Below the pieces are notes generated by a model. It worked only from the letters and a program-made list of their open reading frames with translations. It searched no databases and was not told the DNA's origin. A program made the translations under genes and the position numbers. A stretch of DNA of 63,972 bases, the filler included, from Octopus bimaculoides (taxonomy: Eukaryota): NCBI RefSeq assembly GCF_001194135.2. It is 7 parts of 7 records of this genome, joined end to end, with 100 filler letters (N's around TTAATTAATTAA, not from the genome) between each part and the next. Parts side by side here need not be neighbours in the genome. Positions count along the whole stretch, not along the records: positions 6,838 to 28,738 come from NC_068986.1; positions 28,839 to 36,831 come from NC_068981.1; positions 36,932 to 48,649 come from NW_026314128.1; 4 more parts are not named here. One strand, 5' to 3'. Shown piece by piece: positions 24,936 to 37,115 of the stretch. Position 1 is the first letter of the stretch; each line of letters opens with the position of its first letter.

Positions 24936-25150
24936 GCAGTATTAGAAAAAGAAGAAGAAGTAGAAGAAGATAATGATGACGATGATGATGAAGGGGGAAG
25001 AAGAAGGGGAATTAGTAGAAAAAAGAAGGTGGAGAGAGAGAAGAATGGGGCGGAGGAAGAAACGAAAAGCAGAAGAGGAAAGAAGAAGAAGAAGAAGAAG
25101 ATCAACAGCAACAACAGCAACAACAACAACAAATACAACAACTACTATAC
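24850..25150. repeat. Compound triplet low-complexity tract (GTA/GAT/GAA/AAC)
   Basis: Drifting trinucleotide repeats; homopolymeric ORFs in several frames. Confidence 0.9.
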
Positions 25151-25680
25151 AGATATAAATTGAAATGAATATAAGTCAATCCAAGGAAATGTAATTTTTC
25201 ATTCGTCATGTTTAGCACCAAACAACTATATCTCTATTCTGCTGGAATCGATCGAAATCATATTATATAGATAAGCCAAGGTGTCCAAGCTCTGGCTTCT
25301 AATTAGTTTAAATTAATTAAACATAGAATCTAAGGGGAGTGAGTCTTTCCTTAATAGCAAAGTAACAATTCCGGCATTGTTTCTATATTAGTAGACGTCA
25401 TCAGCGAAACGTATTCTGTTACTGCTAGATCATGAAACAACCCGAAGTATACGTTATATTTTTGTATAAATTAATGCAGAATGGCGTTCTTAAATACTAT
25501 ATATCTATGTTGAACACTGCGTAAATTATAATTACCTGAAGCACGTATGCTCTAAGCTTTTGCAGTGAAGATTGCAGATTATGTGAAAACATCCTATCTT
25601 TCTCTTAAGTAAATAGCCCATTTTGCCATATGTTTTCTTGCACCAATGGTATAATTTTGATATAAATTATGATTTTTTGG

Positions 25681-26145
25681 GTGCTAGCTGTGTGGTAAGA
25701 AGCTTGCTTTCCAACCATATACTTTCGGGTTCATTCCGGCTGTTTGGCATCTTGGGCAACTTCTAGTCTTCTACTAAAGCACCAGCTCAATGAAAGCCTT
25801 GTGAGTGGATGTCGTAGACGGAAACTGAAAGAAACATGTATATGTGTTTGTGTGTGTGTGTGTGTGTGTATGTGTGTGTGCGCACGCGTGTATGTATGCC
25901 TGGATGTTCGTGTGTGTGTGTGTGTGTGTTGTGTGCGTGTGTGATTGTGTTTGTCCTCTACAACCGCTAGGCGACCGGTGCTGGTTTGTTTGCGCCCGCA
26001 TAATATAGCAGTTCGGCATCTAGATCGATAGAATAAGTGTCAGGTTGGAAAATAAGCATTTAGATCTATTTGTTCGACTAAATCCTTCAATGTGGTGCCC
26101 CAGCATAGCTGTAGTCTGATGACTGAAGCAAGTAAAAGGTAAAAG
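25681..26145 (+). mobile_element. tRNA-derived SINE, family B (CORE-like, internal (GT)n)
   Basis: GCTGTGTGGTAAGAAGCTTGC head, CTTGGGCAA core-like motif, GTAGACGGAAACTGAAAGAA, tail GACTGAAGCAAGTAAAAG. Confidence 0.85.
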
Positions 26146-26289
26146 TCATGCTTTAGTTCACTATATAAACCAATCACATCGTTTTACAGCATGACTATCG
26201 CCGGTGACACTCCCGGTACTCGCGATACAGAATGAATATCATATTCGTTCTATACAGCGGGAGATACCGGTAATACTACTTAATGATTT

Positions 26290-26495
26290 CAACTTTTGGC
26301 ACAAGGACAACAATATCGGGAAAGGGGCCAAGTCAGTTACATCAACCCCAGTGCTCAATTGCTCCTTATTTTATCGACTTCGAAAGGATAAAAAGCTAAG
26401 TCGACCTTGGCGGAATTTGAACTCAAAACATAAGGACGGACGAAATGCTGCTAAGAACTTTGCCCAGCGTGCTAACGATTCTGCCAGCTCACCGT
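26290..26495 (-). mobile_element. SINE family A
   Basis: CGTGCTAACGATTCTGCCAGCTCACC is the reverse complement of the family head. Confidence 0.85.
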
Positions 26496-28189
26496 CTTGC
26501 AACACTACGCATTACAACTTGCTAAAATGTCGATTATACCTCAGTTTATGGATTTTTTTCATTTATTTGTGACTTGTTTTCTACAGATTATTTCAGAGTA
26601 TATTATATAAGCTTTAATGGCTCCTTTTCACAAAAATATTTTTAAAGAGGGCAGCTTTCCAATGATAGAGATGTCAGTTACTTGCACACTTCTTAGGATT
26701 TATTTCAGCGTCTATTTGATTCAAGTTGAAAACCATCCGAGAAATACAAAGAAACATTTGTTCTGTACATTACCAAAAATTAAAACGATGTAGTTTGAAC
26801 CACACCAATGTGAAGCACCATAAAAATATCACCATTAGTAGACGCCGGTGACTACCATGGAATATTAAGAATTTAGCGTGGGGACACCGATGACTTCCTT
26901 GGTAAGCAAAGTGTTACTGAAACAAAAATGTAAGTGAAAATATTGTTACAAACTTGTACTGGAGATGATTATCCTTTCATGAGGGAAAATGTACTACTAT
27001 TCATCGGCTATCCTGTGTACTAGTAATTTAAATTGCTATACATATCAGTTGCTTATCAGTAGATAGTGTTACTAGTCTTCCTGATCTGCATATAATAGGT
27101 TAGTCGGCCACAGAATTAATTATATAGTATACCTTTATATAGAACAACATAGCGTAAATCAGAATGTCTGTAACATTCCCCTGATTTATGTTTTTTATAT
27201 GAATACATACTATTTAATTAAGTACATACCAATTTAACTGATTATATATAAATCATGAAGACAATAAGCGTTATATCTTATAAGTCATTAACATTTAAAA
27301 TTATTTAAACTAATACTGATTTAGGCAACTGTAAAATAAGGATGTAACCTTTTTAACGAGATTTGTAAGAGAATTCTGCAAGAGATCTGTAGGAGAATTC
27401 TCAGTTACTTTTATGCTTATTCAACAGAGCGATAACGTTTTCAAATCATTTACAATCACTGCAGCTAAGACAATTGAATAAATACCTGTAGATTTAGCTA
27501 CTTTGAACACATTTCCGTTATTCTGATTTCAAGAAGTGTTCTACATAACTACATGTTGTAAACTCCCTCTATCACCAAAGGAAAGAAAGTTTCTATTATA
27601 TCTAAAAAGGATTATTGCTTCTCAAAATACAGTACAACATTATATTTTACTGCATTTACAGTTCCTGAATTATATTAGATGAATAAAATTTCTCTATTTA
27701 AATGATATCTTTATTTTTTCTTATTTCTCTTATTTCGACTATATTCAGAATTTTAGTGTTATTACTGATGTATATATATATAGAGTTTTAATGAGCTTCG
27801 TAGGATGAAATGATAATTTAAGATGTAATAATCAGATATCCGGATAACTCAGTAATCCGGGAACCCTTCAATCCCACGGACACGAGAGAATTTACTTTAT
27901 TATTGAACAATACTAATAATTTGAAACGTTAGCAGAAGGTAAAAAATATGTGTAGGGTATGTGTAGGGTACAGGGAATTACGTGTAAACAACTGAAAAAA
28001 AAAAAAAGCAGTGAATAAATAACAAGGGGGATAAATATTTGTACTAAGATTTTGACTAAAATTTAGGTTATGAAAGCATTAGTTCGTTGTCGCATTTGTG
28101 CGCAGTACTGATGATTACGAACGATCAAATCCTTTTTTCGTCTGTAAATCTTTTAGTAACACAAATCTGATAATATATATATATATATA

Positions 28190-28385
28190 GGGGGAGAATT
28201 CACAAAAAACAAAACAAAGGACGAAGACAGGTGGTGCAGACAAGAAACAGATGTGTTAGTTTGACGCTCGGGAAGTGAAAAAGTCTTTAACGTTTCGAAC
28301 CTACGCTCTTCCACAGAAAGGAACACAGAAAGAAACAAGGAGAGAAAATAGAAAATGTGTAGTGGCTAGCGATCTATCATGGCGA
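28190..28385 (-). mobile_element. Family H2 repeat with hammerhead-like motif at 28285-28320
   Basis: Minus strand reads CTTT-CTGTGGA-A-GAGC-GTAG-GTTC-GAAACGTT-AAAG; homologous to 2862-3060. Confidence 0.65.
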
Positions 28386-28599
28386 ATGCCGGACAGAGGG
28401 TTCACACAGGAGAGCTAGAAAGAAGGGGAGATAATAAAGTAGTAATGATCCCAAATTGAAGGTGCGCGTGCTTGTGTATAAGAGAGCATGTATGTGCGTG
28501 TGGAAGAGGGCTGGTGACCTTGACGTGTGCGTGTGTGCATGTGTTGGTGTGTGGATGATGGTGTGGGACTGGAAAGTAGTCAGTGCTAGTGTGTGCGTG

Positions 28600-28738
28600 G
28601 TGGTATGATGTGATGTGGTGCTGTGTGGTATGGTGTGCATGGTGTGGTGGCGTGTGGTGTGGTGGCGTGTGGTGTGGTGGCATGTGGTGTGGTGGCGTGT
28701 GGTGTGGTGTGGTGGCGTGTGGTGTGGTGGCGTGTGGT
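28600..28738. repeat. G-rich (TGG/GTG) minisatellite, unit about GTGGTGTGGTGGCGT
   Basis: Tandem 5- and 15-nt periodicity running into a gap. Confidence 0.9.
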
Positions 28739-28782
28739 NNNNNNNNNNNNNNNNNNNNNNNNNNNNNNNNNNNNNNNNNNNN

Positions 28783-28794
28783 TTAATTAATTAA
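28783..28794. other. Artificial scaffold linker
   Basis: TTAATTAATTAA between two 44-N blocks. Confidence 0.95.
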
Positions 28795-29024
28795 NNNNNN
28801 NNNNNNNNNNNNNNNNNNNNNNNNNNNNNNNNNNNNNNAGATTTTAGGTATTATTATACTAATGTGTCCATCTGTTCTAATTTAATTAAATTCTATGTCT
28901 TTGTGCAGCTGAAGATTGCTCTGCATTTTAAAATGATGTAATGATTACATTGTTCAATTAAATGGAGTTGCATGAAACGATCGTACTGCATTACCTCTGG
29001 ATATCCTTGTTGCTTATTTTGATT

Positions 29025-29076
<52 letters not shown>

Positions 29077-29100
29077 CACACAGATATCGTTATTATATAT

Positions 29101-29137
<37 letters not shown>

Positions 29138-30351
29138 TGTGTGTGTGTGTTCGTGTGTGTTCGTGTGTGTTCGTGTGTGTTATATACCCACACATTATAT
29201 GTGTACAATATTATATACATACATATAAAATACTTCATATATTTGTATATATTAAAGCTAAAAGCTGACATCATTGTGCTAAAATTATGTAAAATAGTAC
29301 TTTATTATTTTAATCTTGCAGTCTTCTTTGCTACGAGTTTCTCTAAACAAGCGGGTGATTAAACTCTGTATAGATACTTAATTCAATCCCTCAGGCATAA
29401 ACAGGCTTCTTAAAACTTTTGTCGTCCACACCACCGTTTTGTAAATCACGTGTTTCAGTCTGTTTATCTTCTTGATCTTTCGTAAGTTATTCTATTCAAC
29501 AGTTTTCAGAAAACTCATATCTGTATCAGCCGTCATGTCTACAACACCCATTCCGAGCTGGAGTTGGTGACTATGGTTTCAAATTCGTGATAATGTTTGC
29601 AACGCTTGATTGATGATGATGTTGATGGGGGGAGGGCCTTATGGGACATCAGTAATGTGGCCTAAGTGATGCAGGTGATGTGTTAGAATGATAATGTTGT
29701 GGTATGGGTGGTAACTGAAGAAGATGCTTTGTAAAAGAGGTTATTGGAAGTGGTGGTGATGACGGCTGCGATGGTGGTGCTGACGACACTGCTGATAGTC
29801 TCGGGTGTTGTTGGTAATGATAATATTGCTATAGGTTGTATAGGTGTTTCGTCTGCATGTATCGTGATGTGATGGTATTTGTAGAGGAGGTTTTCTTGGT
29901 AGCAATAGTCATGCTTGTATTTTAAATAAGATTCTAACAGTTGATATTGATTCTGGTGTTGGTGTAGATATTTGTGAGATTCTGTTGTTGTTGTTATTGT
30001 TGTAGTTGTTGTAGCTGCTGCTGCTGCTCTAGCTATTGCTGCTGCTGCTGTTGCTGCTACTGCTGCTGCGGTGATGGTGGTGGCGGTGATGGTACTGCTG
30101 CTGCTGCTTGTTGGGGATAGCGACTGTAGTGATCATTATGATCTTCGTGATAGTAGTAGTGGTGTCAGTAATATTAGCGATTTGTAGGATTAGTTTAGGT
30201 AGTTTATTAGTTGCCCAATTGGTAATATTGATTGTCGTCATAGTATAAAGCAGTGGCGATAGCCAAAGAAATGCAGTAACTTCACACGATCTTATTCAAT
30301 CGTTTATAAATTTGTACTTTTGCGTAGCAAATCATTAATATTACTGTTCGG

Positions 30352-30399
<48 letters not shown>

Positions 30400-30420
30400 C
30401 ACTACTACTACTACTACTAC

Positions 30421-30454
<34 letters not shown>
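30352..30454. repeat. (TAC)n-(TAG)n inverted microsatellite junction
   Basis: Repeat switches strand at CTAG 30420-30423. Confidence 0.95.
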
Positions 30455-30716
30455 TGCTGTTATATAACCAAAACATTGGAAAGATAGAGTAGAGAAGGTA
30501 CTAAACTTGGGAAGAGATTTTTTTAATTATTCAGAATGTCTTCTTTCATAATACAAACATTGATTATTTGAAATCTGCACTATTACTAATTGAGGTTAAC
30601 ACGGTTGTATGAGAGGTTATACACTGGAAAGTCAAGCACCGCTGAAGAAAGAGGTAATATAGCCGAGAGCCAAGTGTTCCCCACCCTGAGTTAGGTTCTT
30701 AATAACAATCATTTCA

Positions 30717-30781
30717 TAAGGCGGCGAACTAGCAGACACGTTGGCACGCCGGGCGAAATGCTTAGCAGTATTTCGTCTGTC
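30717..30781 (+). mobile_element. SINE family A, head only
   Basis: AAGGCGGCGAACTAGCAGACACGTTGGCACGCCGGGCGAAATGCTTAGC. Confidence 0.8.
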
Positions 30782-31039
30782 TCTTTTGTTTCTTACGCGT
30801 CGCACATGTATTCGTGGTGAAAATTGCTGTTTGTTAGTGCTATTATTGATAATTACGGCTGTTTCTAATAACTGCTGTTTTTGTCGAATTGTTGAATTTC
30901 GTAACTGTTGGAGTTTTCATTTGAAAACACTAAGTGCTTGTAGAAAGCACGCGTTGTTCATTCCCTCGTTGGGGGGAAGAATGTCATCTAGTGAGAGGCC
31001 TACCGTTGGAACAGAGATAACTGTTTTTCCTGTGAATAT

Positions 31040-31268
31040 TTTCGTGACCTGGGCAAGTTCCTGGCCAAGTCGCATTCGCTAGTATTGTTAGGAGACTTTA
31101 ACACAATACGTGACGCACACACAGATTGTGTTGGCTCGAACATGAACAGAAAATGTAACTCAAGCTTACGGGATCTGCTAAGTCACTTTCAGCTAGCAGA
31201 TCCATATGGGTTGGAACACCCGAACACAAATAGTAACGGGTCTTCCAGAACATCTAGATAGGATTTTA
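31040..31268 (+). mobile_element. L1/Tx1-type AP-endonuclease fragment
   Basis: YFRDLGKFLAKSHSLVLLGDFNTIRD...LADPYGLEHPN...NGSSR: GDFN, D.Y...HP and S.(L)D motifs of LINE APE domains. Confidence 0.75.
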
Positions 31269-31319
31269 ATCAGGTTTCAGTTGCACAAAATCCCTTGATT
31301 GTATCGAGAATGATGAAAG

Positions 31320-31570
31320 CCTTTTAAAAACATTGCGTAGGCCTCTGAGCAGGTATCGCCAAGCTTTTGGCAAAATTTGATGTAGACTCTCTGCTCAACT
31401 TTCTCTGTCGTGATCAATGCGACGAACACGTTACTTTCAAGCACTACTGTAAACAACAGAAGTGAGCTAGAACGTTCAAATTTAATGCGCATACACAGCA
31501 GAATTCAAGGTCAACCTGTGCCAAGCGACTTCACTCTTCGTGCCCGGATACTTATTGATCAGACCACGTA
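31320..31570 (-). mobile_element. mariner 5' end (irritans-like): TIR plus transposase N-terminus
   Basis: EKVEQRVYIKFCQKLGDTCSEAYAMF; minus-strand start TACGTGGTCTGATCAATAAGTATCCGG. Confidence 0.75.
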
Positions 31571-32666
31571 CGTACATATATACGTACGTAGATACATACA
31601 TATATTTCACTCTCCTTTATCACTGAACGCAATTGCTGCACTAAGCTTAATATAGCGTATACGTAAATCAGGAGGCACTGCTTTTGGAACTTATCTCAGT
31701 TACATTTGGATACTTGATATTCAAAAATTCCTCACTCTTTCTGACAAGTTGAGAAGGTAAGATTTGAAGGTAAGATTTGAAGTGGCGAAGATTCGAAGCA
31801 TTATGAACACATTTTGTCGACTAGGAATTCATTTCATCGTGCCGGTAACTCGTGTCGTGAAAATATATACGAATACTTCCTCCTACTTGAAGATAATGAA
31901 ACGGTATATGCTTTATAACAAATAAAAAATGTAAACGTCTTCGTTCACTTTATTAATGTTAAGTTCTTGGAGTCGTTCTTTTACCACATACTGCTGTCCT
32001 CGACTCGGTTTTGAGTTTCCGTTTTATTCCCTCACATCGTTTAATCTTGTGAAAGTGGAATGAAAGTCAAATAATCTCATTTCCATAGTCTGCAGTTTTA
32101 AGAAATAATATTTTGCTTGGTCGCAATCTCGTTAAATAGAGTCTAGATTCTGGATTCAGTTTTCATACAACACCGTTACACTTACTTTAACTTTTGCAGC
32201 TAATGAACAGAGAAAGGCATGGACATAGCAAATTCTATATCTTCCTCATTGCAAGTAAAAATAAATGTATTTTTAATTGACCTTGTATTGTACAACCATG
32301 TTGCGTCTCATTTAATCATATTCAGTTTCTCAAGTAGAAATGTTTTGTCTTTACATCAATTTCAATTAATACATTTGGCACAGAATTGAACATCAGAGCT
32401 TCCCATTTCACTTTCACTTAAAAACTTCAAGATTCCTGCCTATGAAAGAAATGAAACAGTTACAGACAGTTTATGGACACGAAAACTCATTAACACTGAT
32501 ACCTATATCTGAGGAGAGTATATTTGTATACAGATTGCGTCTGTGTAATTAATTATTTACTTAGTACTATCTGACGAAGTTGTTCGTCACTAACTATATG
32601 AAAAGTCATGAACACATTGTTTGTCATTAAATAGACACAAGTTATTCTGCCAGTAACTAAACACCC

Positions 32667-32743
32667 ATGCTGTTGCCACAATGCTGTTGCCACAATGCTG
32701 TTGCCACAATGCTGTTGCCACAATGCTGTTGCCACAATGCTGT
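32667..32743. repeat. Perfect 14-bp minisatellite (ATGCTGTTGCCACA) x5.5
   Basis: Five identical units plus a partial unit. Confidence 0.98.
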
Positions 32744-32958
32744 GACAACTGATTTTTCTTATTTGGATATAAACCTTGCTTCGTGAGACTAAAAGAAATA
32801 ACCATAGCGTTTTCCAGTCTTATTTTCTTTTACTTATTCCAGTCATTGAACTTCGACCATTCTTGAGCAACGCTTTGAAAGATTTTAGCCGAAAAATCGG
32901 CCAAGAATTCATTTTTCTTCTTTTTAAGTCCAGTACTTATACCATCGGCCTCTTTGAC

Positions 32959-33173
32959 AAAGCGCTAAGTTACGGTTGTCAAGTGGTTGTGGGACAAACA
33001 CAGTCACAAAGACACACACACACATACGTGTGCGTATATATGTACGACAAGCTTCCACACAACTTCCGTCTACCAAATTCACTCAGAAGATATTGGTCGG
33101 CCTAGGGCTATAGTAGAATCCCTTGCCCAAAGTGCCACGCAGTAGAACTGATCCTGAAATTACATGGTTATGA
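32959..33173 (-). mobile_element. SINE family B, partial
   Basis: TTCCGTCTACCAAATTCACTC...TTGCCCAAAGTGCCACGCAGT. Confidence 0.8.
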
Positions 33174-33557
33174 TGCGTGAGTTATGAATAAATAAAAATA
33201 AATAAATTAAATAAAAATATGAACTGATACGCACACACATACACACACACGCGCGCACATACATGTACTTGATATAAGTGTATGTCTAATGTAATACAAA
33301 GTCAAGTGACATCCGTTTGTTGCAAATACGCATGAGTAGAAAGATGGGGGATACAATAACAGAGAATGCCTAAACTCTATACTACCTATTCTAACTTATT
33401 TATTTATTTATTTTGAAAAGATCGTTTGATTCCTGTTTTGTACATCGGAGACTCCGACTGAACTAAAAAGGTCTCAAATTATACTTTATCTTCCATTTAC
33501 TGACAACACAAATAATGCTGCATAATAAGAAAGTTTTATTCCTTACAATTTAGAGAT

Positions 33558-33795
33558 AGGAGCAGGCAGAGCTATGTGGTAAGAAGTTTGTTTCCCAACT
33601 ATATGGTTCCGGGTTCAGTACCACTGCATAGCACTTGGGGCAGATGTCTTTTTCTATAGCCTCGGTCTCACCAAGTCCTAGTGAGAGAATTTGGTAGAAG
33701 GAAACTGAAAGAAGCCCGTCGTATATGTGCGTTCGTACCTCTGTGTGTGCACGCGTGCGCCTTTGTGTATATGTCAGTCCCTCACCACTGCTCAA
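33558..33795 (+). mobile_element. SINE family B, 5' half
   Basis: GCTATGTGGTAAGAAG...GGTTCCGGGTTCAGTACCACTGC...GGAAACTGAAAGAAGCCCGTCGTAT. Confidence 0.85.
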
Positions 33796-33857
33796 CTGTT
33801 AGGGTTGTCCGGCAAGTTCTGAGTGTTTTTTAATATGCAAAAAGAGATATAAATAAT

Positions 33858-36760
33858 CACTGGACAACAAAGATTTTGCTACTAGGGTAAAAGCACGTTT
33901 TAGACTTAATCGAGGATGTTGATTCCGAATCCGCACTAAGAATTGTTCTAGTACGTCAGGATTTTGATTATGCGCATGTACAAGATTATAACTATACTTT
34001 CGGCTAGATATAGGCCGTATTATAAAATTTGCTAAAATAAAAGCGGTTTTAATTCAAAATTTAAGAAATAACAGAAATAAAACAAACGATGAGAAAATTC
34101 ATTATTTAGTTTAGCAACAGATGACGCTGATGTATTGTGTTCAAGCGCCAAATACGTCAGTTTTTTCTTGGTAACTCTCAATGTCTTTTGCGTAGCCGTC
34201 ATGTGTGGTATGTGTATCTCGCTCTGCGTGATTACTGTTTTAACTGTGTTCATTGTATTAGATCATGAATAGGAGAGTCTATGCAAATCACCCAGACAAC
34301 TTTTGTTATGTCTGTGGAAAATTTACTTCGCGTGACCAGCGGGAGAACATTGCCACCAAGCTAAAAGCTGCCTATAAATATTATTTCGGGTGTAAAGTTG
34401 GGGACCAAAGTAAGAGGTGGGCACCTTATATATGCTGCATCGTGTGATACTCAGGGCTTACACGGTGACTGAATGGTATGGCGTGAGCCAACCAATCGTG
34501 TCTCTGACTGTTACTTTTGCATGACCAATATTATTGGTTTCTCAAAGAAAATCAAAGTGTATGTAGAAAACCAGTCCCACATGACTTTGAGGACCCTGTC
34601 CCAGTTCCCCTCTCACATGATTCATTTTCAGACCTTGACACATCACACGATGTCAAAGGAGAAGGTAGAAGTTTTGTAGAAGGCATTGTCAAAGGAGAAG
34701 GTAGAAGTTTTGGGATCCAGACTACAGTAACGGAATCTCCTAGAGCAAGGTACGAAAATTTCCATTTTCCGTTCTCGCCATGAAAGCTTATCTGTCTTTT
34801 TCAGGCAAGAAAGTACTGCTTGTTTCTGTACCGACGTTAATGCACTTATGCAAAACCTAGGACACGTGTATGTGGCTAACGAATAGAGATTGTTTATAGA
34901 CACGAGTAAGGTTAACCTCAAAGCTCTGTTGTCACATAATGGTAATGAAAAGCCTTTCATTCCTGTGGGTCATGTTGTCGGTATGGAAGAAACTTATGAA
35001 TCGATGGAACTCATTCTGAAAGGAGTTAATTACTCAGTTTATAAGTGGAATATTTGTGGTGATTTAAACGTGATTTCCCTCCTCCTGGGACTGCAGCTGG
35101 GATATACCAAAAACATGTGCTTCTTAAGTGTTTGGAACAGCCTCATTGACAGCAATCATTAAACTGTAAAAGACTGGCCTAAAAGACATGAGCGCATAGT
35201 TGGTCGGTACAATGTGCAGCATATGCCACTGGTAGACTCATAAAAGATCTTCCTTCCACCCCTTCACATCAAATTCGGCCTCATGAAAAACTTCGTAAAA
35301 GCAATGACACACGATGGTTGTGGCTTTCAGTACCTAAAAGTAAAATTTGGTGTAGAGAAAAGAGACGCCAAACTGAAAGCAGGGATTTTCATTGGACTCG
35401 AGATTAGAGAATTTATGCCTGATATTAGGTCGTCAAATATGAAATTTGTAGTAAGGCATATGGTAAACTATGACAGCTGCTCATTTTGTGCCATTATTAT
35501 ATTTGAACAATATTTATTTTTTGTGAGAAAGTTGACACTTTTATTTCTTTATTCTAATTCATTTTGCGCTTTATAAACTATTTATAAATCTTTTTTGCTA
35601 TTTTTTGTTACAGCATCACAGACAGCACGGAATATTAATGGAATATTTCATTCTAATGTTATTACACAGCAGACAGTATTAAATTGGTTTGTAAAACTTC
35701 GTTCTGGTAACTTTGACCTCACAAATGAGCAACGCGGTCGACCAGAAACAAAGGTGGATAATGACGAACTGAAAGCCACCGTCGAGTCAGATCCATCTCA
35801 AAGTGCCCGTGAACTATCGTTGTTGTTTGGTATTAGCAAGTAAACACCTAGTTCAAATCGGCAGAGCGAAAAAGTTGGATAAGTGGGTTCCACATGAACT
35901 CAATGAAAATCAGAAATAGCAACGTTTGGAAGCCTGCACTATGTTACTTTCTCGTCACAAAAATGCATCAATTTTGAACTGAATTGCAACATGTGATGAG
36001 AAATGAATCCAATACAACAACCGTAAACGTTCAGCACAATGGTTGGATAAAGATGAGCCACCAAAACACAGTCCAAAAAGCAAAATTTATCAAAAGAAGC
36101 TAATGGTGTGTTTGTTGGTCTGGCGCAGGTGTGATCCATTATGATTTCATTAAACCTGGCTCATCAATCACGGCCGAAGTATACTGCAGCCAACTGGACA
36201 AAATGATGCAGAGACTTACAAAAAAAAAACAGCCTAGATTAGTAAAAAAATCCACTCCTATTTTATTGCAAGACAACGCCAGACCACACATCGCAAAAAT
36301 TACATTGGCGAAACTACAGGAGTTGGAGTTAGAGTTGGTCTCTGTCATCCACCATACTTACCTGATCTTGCTCCTACTGACTACCACTTCTTCCAGAATT
36401 TGGATAACTTTTTGACAGGAAAAAACAGATTTAATTCCGACGATGCTGTAAAACAGGCTTTCCAAGATTTTATTGACTCTAGATTGCCAGGCTGTTACAG
36501 TTCCGGGCTGGACAAGCTGCCGCTGAAATGGCAAGAGTATATTGACAATATGGGTGCATACTATGATGAATAAAACTATTCCTTGTATTTATAAAACATT
36601 AGCAAACTTTTTTCCATTTCTACAAATTTCATACTTGACGACCTAATAGCAAATTCAGAGGTAAACTGAATCCAGTTGAGCTGACGACATGGGATTCATT
36701 TGTGTTAGTTGTACAGAACTTTCTTGGAAATCATAAAGCTGAAAACTATGCTGATTTTAT
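33858..36760 (+). mobile_element. DNA transposon with degraded transposase, Chapaev3-like (CMC), split by a mariner at 35425-36646
   Basis: NHPDNFCYVCG..YFG.KVGDQSKRWAP, WREP.N..SDCYFC, FIDTSK.NLKALLSHNGN, ICGDL.V.SLLLGLQLGYTK, LPPLHIKFGLMKNFVKA; frame resumes after the mariner as (D)SKFRGKLNPVELTTWDSFVLVVQNFLGNHKAENY; CAC-starting left end at 33858. Superfamily name is from memory of these motifs. Confidence 0.75.
35425..36646 (+). mobile_element. Full-length mariner (cecropia/Hsmar1-like), inactivated
   Basis: 27-bp TIRs TTAGGTCGTCAAATATGAAATTTGTAG (one mismatch), TA at 35423-24 and 36647-48, 1222 bp; motifs GRP, KWVPHEL, TCDEK, LLQDNARPH, PDLAPTDYHFF; stops and frameshifts. Confidence 0.95.
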
Positions 36761-36875
36761 ATATATATATATATATATATATAATTTCAAATTAATAATA
36801 AAAGGGTAAAATTAATCAATTAAATTAATTGNNNNNNNNNNNNNNNNNNNNNNNNNNNNNNNNNNNNNNNNNNNN

Positions 36876-36887
36876 TTAATTAATTAA
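36876..36887. other. Artificial scaffold linker
   Basis: TTAATTAATTAA between two 44-N blocks. Confidence 0.95.
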
Positions 36888-36931
36888 NNNNNNNNNNNNN
36901 NNNNNNNNNNNNNNNNNNNNNNNNNNNNNNN

Positions 36932-36982
<51 letters not shown>

Positions 36983-36983
<1 letters not shown>

Positions 36984-37115
36984 GACAGGTTTTTTCAGCT
37001 TCCGTCTACCAAATCCACTCACATAGCTTTGGTCGGCCCGAGGCTGAAGTAGAAGACACTTGCCCAAGGTGCCACGCACTGGGACTGAACCCGGAACCAT
37101 GTGGTTTGGAAGCAA
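36983..37115 (-). mobile_element. SINE family B, 5' part
   Basis: TTCCGTCTACCAAATCCACTCAC...CACTTGCCCAAGGTGCCACGCA.TGGGACTGAACCCGGAACCATGTGG. Confidence 0.85.

Noticed and set aside
29520-30250. GT-rich stretch with Q/H/S-rich ORF 30029-30241
   Set aside because: Drifting triplet low-complexity sequence, open or repetitive in several frames; similar tracts at 37990-38160 and 38520-39110.
32667-32743. CRISPR-like array
   Set aside because: Contiguous tandem repeat without spacers in eukaryotic DNA; no cas genes.
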